Source of the DNA: Gemmatimonadales bacterium
GTDB taxonomy: Bacteria > Gemmatimonadota > Gemmatimonadetes > Gemmatimonadales > GWC2-71-9
Assembly (NCBI GenBank): GCA_038250675.1
Contig: JBBSCB010000012.1
Span: forward strand, 8,165-72,164
Direction of reading: 5' to 3'
DNA: 64,000 bases
Below the pieces are notes generated by a model, which was given only the letters and a program-made list of their open reading frames with translations, searched no databases and had not been told where the DNA came from. Position numbers and translations under genes: made by a program. Position 1 is the first letter of the stretch; each line of letters begins with the position of its first letter. Shown one piece after another: positions 21,493 through 28,980 of this stretch.

Positions 21493-22497
21493 TCAGAAGT
21501 GCGGCCTCTTGATGAGGCCCTTGATCTTGTTCTTGGCGCCCTGCTCGGCCTCGTTCTGCTTTTCCTTGAGCGCTTCCTTCACCGCATCGGCCACAACGCG
21601 GTTGGTCGCCGCCTTCATTTCCTTGCCCAGGTCGAAGTTCTTGAGCGCCTCGCAGGCCTGCTTGGCCTGCGCCTTCTCCTCCGGAGTGAGCTGGCGGGTC
21701 GACGCGGGGGAGGCCGCCGTGCCCTCGGGCTGCGCAGACGCCATCTTCGCCTTCGCGGCGGCCAGCGAGTCGGCCAGCTCCTGGCTCGCGAGATAGGTGA
21801 CATAGCCGTGGGCCACCGAGTCGACGTCCGCCACCATCGTGTTCTGGAATGTCACCCCTGCCGGCGGCGAAAACGCCGAGGCCGGCGGCTCACCCTTCCG
21901 GACGGCGGTGGCGGTCTGCTCGTAGTTGACGCAGAGGAGGCTGCCGCTGACGTGCAGCGGAACACCGGGCGTTCCCTGCATCGAGCAGATGGTAAACGTA
22001 CCGAACGTCCGCTCGTCGCACTTCTCGCCGGCGTAGGTCCGGGTCTCACCCTTCTGGCCGGCCATGAGGGTCCCGGTGCCAAACGCGCGTGAGATCATTT
22101 GGGACATCTCCTGCATGTTCTGATGCAGCCGCTGTTTGCCCGCGCCATCCAGCCCATCGTACGCCTTCGCCATGGCGGGCAGCATGTTTGGCATCCGGGT
22201 GCCGGTCTTCTTGGTGAGGTCGGCGGTGTACATCGAGTCCGGCGTCATCAGCGTCCAGGTGTCGTGCGTGGACGTCTTGCCGAAGAACTTGCCGGTGGTC
22301 GTCTCATGACTGGCCACCCGGTCGCCGGCGATGCTGCGCTGGCCGGTGCCGGTCAGATCGCCGGCATAGGTGTAGTCCACCTGGATGGCGGACACCTTGT
22401 TTTTGGGCAGTTTGAACGGATTGGCCTGCGCGACGAGCGGCGACGCGACGAGGAGGAGCCCGGTCGCGAACGCTGCGGTGGTGATGCTGCGGTCCAT
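21493..22497 (-). CDS. Secreted hypothetical protein
   Basis: Signal peptide (…SPLVAQ); Lys/Met-rich protein-like composition. Confidence 0.7.
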   Translation of the reverse strand: MDRSITTAAFATGLLLVASPLVAQANPFKLPKNKVSAIQVDYTYAGDLTGTGQRSIAGDRVASHETTTGKFFGKTSTHDTWTLMTPDSMYTADLTKKTGTRMPNMLPAMAKAYDGLDGAGKQRLHQNMQEMSQMISRAFGTGTLMAGQKGETRTYAGEKCDERTFGTFTICSMQGTPGVPLHVSGSLLCVNYEQTATAVRKGEPPASAFSPPAGVTFQNTMVADVDSVAHGYVTYLASQELADSLAAAKAKMASAQPEGTAASPASTRQLTPEEKAQAKQACEALKNFDLGKEMKAATNRVVADAVKEALKEKQNEAEQGAKNKIKGLIKRPHF

Positions 22498-22638
22498 GGG
22501 GAGCCTCGGAGAGGGATGGGACGAGGCTAACATGCGCGCTGGTTCCGGGGTGCGCAAGCGGCGGCGGCGGCTTTCGCCGCCGGGCTCGCCGCCGTAGGTT
22601 CCCCATCACCACTCCGCACCTCACCCTGCCGCATCGGA

Positions 22639-25269
22639 ATGCCTGTGGCCGATCGCCTGGCCGAGCTTCGTGCCGGCCTTTCGACAACCTATGTCATCGA
22701 CCGCGAGCTCGGCCGGGGCGGCATGGCGACCGTCTACCTCGCGCGCGACCTGCGTCACGACCGGCCGGTGGCGCTCAAGGTGCTCCACCCCGAGCTGGCC
22801 ACCGCACTCGGCGGCGAACGGTTCCAGCGCGAGATCCGGCTTGCAGCCCGCTTCCAGCACCCGCATATCCTGACGGTCCACGATTCGGGCGAGACCGCGG
22901 GCCAGCTCTGGTTCACCATGCCGTATGTGGATGGCGAGTCGCTCCGCGAGCGGCTCAACCGTGAGCGGCAGCTCCCGGTGGCCGATGCGCTTCATATTGC
23001 GGGCGAGGTGGCGGACGCGCTCGACTACGCGCACCGGCAGGGCGTGGTGCATCGCGACATCAAGCCCGAAAACATCCTCCTGAGCGGCGCGCACGCGCTG
23101 GTGGCCGACTTCGGGATCGCGCGGGCACTGGCCGCGGTGGACGAGGAGCGCCTCACCGGCACCGGCATCGCGGTCGGCACCGCGGCGTATATGAGCCCGG
23201 AGCAGGCAGCCGGCGACCGCGCGCTCGACGGGCGGACCGATATCTACAGTCTGGCAACGGTCCTCTACGAGATGCTGGCGGGGCAGACGCCGTTCGCGGC
23301 GGCGACACCGCAGCAGTCCATCGGGCGCCGTTTCGTCGAGACGCCGCGGCCGCTCACCGAAACCCGCGAGTCGGTGTCGCCGGCGGTGGCGGACGCGGTG
23401 CACCGGGCGCTGGCCCGGACGCCGGCCGACCGGTTTGCCACCGCGGCCGAGTTTGCCCAGGCGTTTGGTGCCGGCGCGACGGCGACTCCCGCGCTCCCGG
23501 CGGCGGGCGCCCATGGCCGGCCGCCGGCACCTCGGCGCCTGCGGACGATCCTGATGGTCGCGGGACTCGCCGTGCTTATCGCGTTCGTGGTGCTGTTCGC
23601 CTGGCGCCGCTCGCGCACGGGCGTCACATCCAGCGGCCCGCACCTGCTCGCGGTGCTTCCCTTCGAGAACATCGGTGCGCCTGACGACCAGTATTTCACC
23701 GATGGCGTCACCGACGCCGTCCGCGGCAAGCTCACCGGTGTGCCCGGACTCCGCGTCACGGCCTCGGCCAGCTCGAACGGATACCGCGGCAGCACCAAAC
23801 CGCTGCGTGAGATTGCCCACGAGCTGGGCGTCACCTATCTGCTGGTGGGCAAGGTCCGCTGGGCGCGGCAACCTGACGGCACCAGCCGGGTGCAGGTCAG
23901 CCCCGAGCTGATCGAGGCGGGCACCGCTGCTTCGCTCTGGCAGCAGCCGTTCGACGCGACGCTCACCGACGTGTTCGAGGTGCAGTCCAGAATCGCGGGG
24001 GAGGTGGCCGGCGCGCTCGATCTGGCGCTGGGTGACAGCGCCCGGCAACAGCTCGCTCATCGGCCCACCGGCAACCTGGCCGCCTACGACGCCTACCTGC
24101 GCGGGGAACAGGCCTCGAACGGCGGCGCCGCCGGCGACCCCGCCTCGGTGAGCCGCGCGGCCGGCTACTACGAACAGGCAACGGCACTCGACCCCGGCTT
24201 CGCACTGGCGTGGGCACGACTCTCGGAGATGCACTCGTGGCTGTATGGCATCTTTGACCCCAAGGCGACGAGCCGCACCATGGCACAGCATGCCGCGGAG
24301 CGCGCCGTCGCGCTCGCGCCGGACGCCGCCGAAGGGCACGCGGCGACGGCGCTCTACTACCAGCTTGTCGTAAAGGATCCAGTGCGGGCGGCGGCCGCCG
24401 CCGCGACCGGACTGCGGCTCGCGCCGGAGGACGCGGCGCTGCTTACCGCGGACGCCTCCATTGAGGCCAGTCTCGGACAGTGGGATTCGGCGGTGGTTCA
24501 CCTGCGGAGTGCGGCCGCACTTGACCCGCGCTCGCCGCTGATCGCGCACCGGCTGGGCACGACGCTCCGGTGGATGCGGCGCTTTCCGGAGGCCGAGGCG
24601 GTGCTGGATCGAGGCCTGGAGCTGGCGCCGACCGATCTCATCATGCGGGTCGAGCGGATGATGGTCGAGCTCGGGCGGGGCGATTTGCCGGCGGCGCGGG
24701 CCATCCTCGGGCAGGTACCGCGCGAGGTAGATCCCACGGCGGTGGTAGCGTTCGTGGCGACCTGGTCGGATCTCTACTGGGTGCTCGACGAGGAGCAGCA
24801 GCAACTCCTGCTGCGGCTCCGGCCCAGTGCCTTCGAGAACGATGCGAACTGGGCCATCGTGCTGGCCCAGACGTACCATCTGCGCGGCGACTCGGCGCGA
24901 ACCCGGATCTACGCCGATTCCGCCCGGATCGCCTTTACCCGCCTGGCAGCGGTCGCACCACAGGACGCGCAGCAGCACCTCTTCCTCGGGCTGGCGCTGG
25001 CCATGCTCCACCGCAACGCCGAGGCGATCGCGGAAGGGGAACGCGGCGCGGCGCTGCTGCCGATCTCACGTGATGCGAACTACGGTGCCTACATGCAGCA
25101 CCAGCTGGTGCGCATCTACGTCCTCACCGGCAACACGAATGCGGCGCTGGACCGCCTCGAACCGCTGCTCCGGGTGCCGTATGACCTCACGCCGGCGTGG
25201 CTCCGGATCGACCCGCGATTCGACCCGCTCCGTGGAATCCCGCGGTTCGAGGCGCTTGTGGGGCGATAG
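22639..25269 (+). CDS. Ser/Thr protein kinase - TM - TolB-N/TPR (K0)
   Basis: GRGGMATVY, VALK, HRDIKPEN, DFG, YMSPEQ; LAVLPFENIG..DQYFTDG; TPR helices. Confidence 0.93.
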   Translation: MPVADRLAELRAGLSTTYVIDRELGRGGMATVYLARDLRHDRPVALKVLHPELATALGGERFQREIRLAARFQHPHILTVHDSGETAGQLWFTMPYVDGESLRERLNRERQLPVADALHIAGEVADALDYAHRQGVVHRDIKPENILLSGAHALVADFGIARALAAVDEERLTGTGIAVGTAAYMSPEQAAGDRALDGRTDIYSLATVLYEMLAGQTPFAAATPQQSIGRRFVETPRPLTETRESVSPAVADAVHRALARTPADRFATAAEFAQAFGAGATATPALPAAGAHGRPPAPRRLRTILMVAGLAVLIAFVVLFAWRRSRTGVTSSGPHLLAVLPFENIGAPDDQYFTDGVTDAVRGKLTGVPGLRVTASASSNGYRGSTKPLREIAHELGVTYLLVGKVRWARQPDGTSRVQVSPELIEAGTAASLWQQPFDATLTDVFEVQSRIAGEVAGALDLALGDSARQQLAHRPTGNLAAYDAYLRGEQASNGGAAGDPASVSRAAGYYEQATALDPGFALAWARLSEMHSWLYGIFDPKATSRTMAQHAAERAVALAPDAAEGHAATALYYQLVVKDPVRAAAAAATGLRLAPEDAALLTADASIEASLGQWDSAVVHLRSAAALDPRSPLIAHRLGTTLRWMRRFPEAEAVLDRGLELAPTDLIMRVERMMVELGRGDLPAARAILGQVPREVDPTAVVAFVATWSDLYWVLDEEQQQLLLRLRPSAFENDANWAIVLAQTYHLRGDSARTRIYADSARIAFTRLAAVAPQDAQQHLFLGLALAMLHRNAEAIAEGERGAALLPISRDANYGAYMQHQLVRIYVLTGNTNAALDRLEPLLRVPYDLTPAWLRIDPRFDPLRGIPRFEALVGR

Positions 25270-25279
25270 TAAGGACAGT

Positions 25280-25480
25280 TGGGGTCGTGTCGAGATCGGT
25301 GCGTCAGCTGGGCTCTGGCCCCTTCGCTTCGCTCAGGGTGACATTCGGGGTCGCGTTGGGATTGGTGCGTTAACCGCGGCTCTGGCCACTTCGCTTTGCT
25401 CGGGGCGACATCCGGAATGGCGTTGGAACTGGTGTGTCAACTGCGGCTCTGGTCCCCTCGCTTTGCTCGGGGCGACGTTC
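25280..25480. repeat. Three degenerate 67-bp tandem units, each ending in a reverse REP-like palindrome
   Basis: REP copies at 25317-25343, 25384-25410, 25451-25477; the sequence between copies is also homologous. Confidence 0.85.
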
Positions 25481-25556
25481 GAGTGTAGGTGAGCTCCGGT
25501 GTCGCTGGATCGGCATCGATCGAGGCCCAGACCTCGGAGCGACGGATGGACCCAGA

Positions 25557-26017
25557 TGTCACCCTGAGCGCAGCGAGGGGGCCGAGCCACCGCCGATGCC
25601 GAGTTCCAGACTCAGGTCCCGCCATTCCGGATTCGCCCCGTCCACCAGTCTCAGCTTGCGCCCGCGCCGATACCCCTTGAGGTGCTTCTCGCGCGTGATC
25701 GCCGCAGCCGCGTTCGGCGCGACTTCGACATAGACCAACCGGTCGACCCTTCGCGCCGACGCATAACCGGGTGTCGCGCCCGTGCGATGCTGCTGGAGTC
25801 GGACCGCAAGCCGGCTGGTCACGCCAACGTACAGTTGCCGCGATTCGTTGGACAGGATGTAGACGACGAATGTCTTGGGCACGCTCCAGACTCGCGTGGT
25901 GTGCGACGAGCGCTGGATCGGATTGTTGCGCGCCGGGTGAGAATTGTGCGGGCGGCGCGTGGCGCCGGCCCCGATTGTGGGGCGTGGGTCCGGCCCCCTC
26001 GCTTCGCTCAGGGTGAC
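25557..26017 (-). mobile_element. GIY-YIG gene bracketed by inverted REP-like repeats (element A)
   Basis: TGTCACCCTGAGCGCAGCGAGGGGGCC (25557-25583) and its inverse GGCCCCCTCGCTTCGCTCAGGGTGAC (25992-26017). Confidence 0.6.
25559..25882 (-). CDS. Small stand-alone GIY-YIG nuclease family protein (107 aa)
   Basis: GTG start; FVVYILSNESRQLYVGVT…RLQQH…LVYVE…AITREKHLKGYRRGRKLRLV…NPEWRDL. Confidence 0.88.
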   Translation of the reverse strand: MPKTFVVYILSNESRQLYVGVTSRLAVRLQQHRTGATPGYASARRVDRLVYVEVAPNAAAAITREKHLKGYRRGRKLRLVDGANPEWRDLSLELGIGGGSAPSLRSG

Positions 26018-26054
26018 GGGCGGTGAATCGAGACCGGTGCGGCGGGGTGGGTTT

Positions 26055-26196
26055 GGCCCCCTCGCTGCGCTCAGGGTGACCTCCTGGTGCAGGTGACGTC
26101 CAGTGTCCCCGACGTCTCTGGATCGGCATCGATCAGGCCCCGCGCATCGGAGCGACGGATAGACCCAAATGTCACCCTGAGCGCAGCGAGGGGGCC
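26055..26196. repeat. Divergent REP-like pair (REPIN-like)
   Basis: Reverse copy 26055-26080, forward copy 26170-26196; 26091-26198 is a near-direct repeat of 25487-25585. Confidence 0.85.
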
Positions 26197-26217
26197 GAAG
26201 CGCGGGCAGGCACGGCC

Positions 26218-26805
26218 TTATGTGTGCCGCCGCAGCTGCCCGATCCGCTGCCCCGCCGCCGAGTCGGCCACGAGCGTCGCAAACCGCTTGCGCCGGGTGG
26301 CGTCCTGCTTGGCGCTGAGCACCCACCAGGCCGCGGTGCGCTGATATCCCGGCGGCTGTGCCGAATGGAACGCCCACGCCGCCCGGTTCCGCTTGAACTC
26401 GCGCACCAGATCGTCCGGGAGCGCTGCCGCTTTCCGATCCTGCTCGTACGCATAGATCGCGGACTTCGCGGCGGTGCGCCGAGCATACGCCGCAAGCCCC
26501 GCCGGTGCCACCACCCCGTCGCGGATCAGCGCTTCGAGGCGCCGGATGTTCACCGCGCTCCAGATGCTCCCCTGGCGCCGGGGCGTGAAGCGGATGACGT
26601 AGCTCGTCTCGCCCAGCGATTTCCGAATGCCGTCGATCCACCCAAAGCAGAGCGCCTGATCCACCGACTCGGGCCAGGTGATGCTGGGATGGCCGTTGGC
26701 CTTCTTGTGGAACCCCACCCAGAGCTCGTTCTGCCGACCGTGGTTCCGCTCGAGCCACGCCCGCCAGCGTGCCGGCGTCGCAAAGAAGGTGGGCTCTCCG
26801 GTCAC
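26218..26805 (-). CDS. YdeI/OmpD-associated family protein
   Basis: WRAWLERNH, SITWPESVDQALCFGWIDG, RFTPRRQGSIWSAVN, SAKQDATRRKR. Confidence 0.88.
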   Translation of the reverse strand: MTGEPTFFATPARWRAWLERNHGRQNELWVGFHKKANGHPSITWPESVDQALCFGWIDGIRKSLGETSYVIRFTPRRQGSIWSAVNIRRLEALIRDGVVAPAGLAAYARRTAAKSAIYAYEQDRKAAALPDDLVREFKRNRAAWAFHSAQPPGYQRTAAWWVLSAKQDATRRKRFATLVADSAAGQRIGQLRRHT

Positions 26806-26809
26806 ACCA

Positions 26810-28477
26810 CTACTGGCGGCAGACGGCGTGGGGATCTCCCTTCGGCGCATCCAGTGCCGGCCGGTGATCGAGATTGGCGATCCGCAGCGCCGCGTCGTGC
26901 ACCATCGTCGACACCCGCGCCAGGTCGGCGTAGTCGATGTACTGCGCCTCGTCGGTCACCTGGTGGTAGTCCAGGTGCTCGCCCCGCGAGAACGCTACCG
27001 CCGGAATCGAGTAGCGCGCGTAGTTGTAGTGGTCCGCGCGACAGTAGTACTGCAGCGGATGGCCCGGCGCATCGAACTCGTAGTTGAAGACGAACGGTGT
27101 CGGCTGCGCCGCGTTGGCCGCTTCGAGAATGCCGCCGAACTCGCGCGACAGCCGCTTGGCACCCACCACCTCGAGATACGCCGGCCCGCCACCCGGCAGG
27201 TCCTCGGCCGTGCCCCGCCCTACCATGTCCTGATCGATCTCCGCCACGATCGAATCCCGCGGTACCGTCGGATGGTCGGTAAACCACGCCGAGCCCACCA
27301 GGCCATACTCCTCGCCGGTGTGCGAGACGAACAGGATCGAGCGCCGGATCTGGTTGCGCTCGTTCGCCATCCGCTCGGCGATCTCGAGGATCGACACCGT
27401 GCCGGTGCCATCGTCGTCGGCGCCGTTCCGGATCGAGTCGGCGCGCGCGGGACGGATCCGCCGCAGACTGTCAAGGATGTGCCGGATCCGCGGCGTCTCC
27501 TCGGCGGTGGCCGGCCGGTTGGGGCTGTCGGCGCCCATCGGCCGCACGACGCGGTCGAAGGCGCGGAGCGAGTCGTGGTCCACCGGCGCGTGATCGAACC
27601 CGACATGGTCGTTGTGCGCGGTGAGCGAGACATACTGATGCCGAAGCACCGGATCGTGACCCCGCAGCACGCCGACGACGTTGCGCGCGGCATAGGGCAG
27701 CACCATCACGGCAAAGCCCAGACTGCCGTCGATCGTCCGGCCGACGGTGCCCGGCGCGGTGCCGGCCACCGGCCGGCCCAGCATCGCCTCCGCAGCCGCC
27801 GGCGAAAGGAGAATGACGGGCGCCACCGGGCTCCGTACGGTGTCCACCGTGATCCGCCCCTCGCCGATCGCCGCCACCGTCTCCGGGCCGAGCAGGTCGA
27901 GCGCCTCGGCCGCGACCAGTGCGGCGCCGGCAAAGTGCCGGTTCCGGAGCCGGGCGCCGATGCCCCGCGTGGACCTGATGCCGTCGGGTCCCGGCGCAAT
28001 GCTCACGATTACGATGCGCCCGGCGAGCGATTCGGCTGGCGCCCACTGGGTGCTGTCGTTGATGGGCCCGCCGTAGACCGCCGTCAGGCCACTGAGATTG
28101 TGGTGCGAGACGGGCGCACCGCTCAGCAGGAAATCCCGCCCGCTCAGGAAGGTCCTGCCGCCGGCCACGATCCGGGTCGCGCTGTCCACCGCCACCCGGA
28201 AGAACGGCACCGTCTGGAACCAGCCGCCGTGCTCGCCGGCCGGCTCCAGACCCAGACGCCTGAACTCGGATGCGATATACTCGGCCGCCTGATAGTCGCC
28301 GATGCCGCCCGGCGCCCGGCCGCCCATCGAATCGTCGGCGATAAGATAGAGGCGGGTGCGGAGGTCGGCCGCGGTGATCGCGGGGTGGGTCCGGGTCGCC
28401 TGGGGTCGGGCCTGGGACGCGGCGCCCAGCGAGGCGAGCAGGACCAGCGCGATGCCACGGATCAGCGACTTCTGCAT
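26810..28477 (-). CDS. Secreted M28 family metallopeptidase
   Basis: Signal peptide; TAHNDH, GADDDGTG, HTGEEYGLVGS, DQDMVG, RADHY, DYHQVTD. Confidence 0.9.
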   Translation of the reverse strand: MQKSLIRGIALVLLASLGAASQARPQATRTHPAITAADLRTRLYLIADDSMGGRAPGGIGDYQAAEYIASEFRRLGLEPAGEHGGWFQTVPFFRVAVDSATRIVAGGRTFLSGRDFLLSGAPVSHHNLSGLTAVYGGPINDSTQWAPAESLAGRIVIVSIAPGPDGIRSTRGIGARLRNRHFAGAALVAAEALDLLGPETVAAIGEGRITVDTVRSPVAPVILLSPAAAEAMLGRPVAGTAPGTVGRTIDGSLGFAVMVLPYAARNVVGVLRGHDPVLRHQYVSLTAHNDHVGFDHAPVDHDSLRAFDRVVRPMGADSPNRPATAEETPRIRHILDSLRRIRPARADSIRNGADDDGTGTVSILEIAERMANERNQIRRSILFVSHTGEEYGLVGSAWFTDHPTVPRDSIVAEIDQDMVGRGTAEDLPGGGPAYLEVVGAKRLSREFGGILEAANAAQPTPFVFNYEFDAPGHPLQYYCRADHYNYARYSIPAVAFSRGEHLDYHQVTDEAQYIDYADLARVSTMVHDAALRIANLDHRPALDAPKGDPHAVCRQ

Positions 28478-28565
28478 GACAGCTCCTGGTGGGGGTGTGA
28501 CGCCGGCGGGCGAGGCGGAAACAATACCCGACGGATGAAGGCGCGGCCAGTGGGCCGGAGAGGGG

Positions 28566-28844
28566 GCGTGGGAAATCGAAATCGTCATCGGCGCAATGAA
28601 ACCGGAGCACCGCTTCTCGTTCCGCTGGCATCCGTACGCCATCGATCCCGCGGTGGACTACTCCAACGAACCGCGGACGCTCGTCGAGTTCACGCTCGAA
28701 GTGGCCGACGGCGGCACGCTGCTGACGGTGGTGGAGACCGGGTTCGACGCGATCCCGGCGGCGCGACGGGTCAAGGCGTTCGAGATGAATTCGAAGGGGT
28801 GGGCCGGGCAGATGAACAACATCCGGAAGTACGTCGAGGGCTGA
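28566..28844 (+). pseudogene. 5'-truncated SRPBCC/AHSA1-like gene
   Basis: Only the C-terminal half is present: RFSFRWHPYAIDP…TLVEFTLE…GTLLTVVETGFDAIP…GW; no room for the N-terminus before the divergent M28 gene. Confidence 0.7.
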
Positions 28845-28877
28845 CCGCACGGGGCGTCGGGGGCTGGGCGGTGTGTC

Positions 28878-28960
28878 GGCCCCCTCGCTGCGCTCGGGGT
28901 GACGTCGTGTCACAAACGGGTCGCACCAAACAAATGTCACCCTGACCGAAGCGAAGGGGC
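28878..28960. repeat. REP-like pair between convergent genes at the 3' end of the kinase array
   Basis: GGCCCCCTCGCTGCGCTCGGGGTGAC (28878-28903) and TGTCACCCTGACCGAAGCGAAGGGGC (28935-28960). Confidence 0.85.
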
Positions 28961-28980
28961 TGGTGCCCGCGGCTCGAGCG

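Noticed and set aside
25280-26200. Regularly spaced palindromic repeats as a CRISPR array
   Set aside because: The spacers are homologous to each other, orientations are mixed, repeats are degenerate and no cas genes are present; REP/BIME-like instead
25559-26758. 399-aa ORF as a single protein
   Set aside because: Only the last 107 codons are GIY-YIG; the upstream part overlaps the YdeI-like gene in another frame and runs through REP repeats
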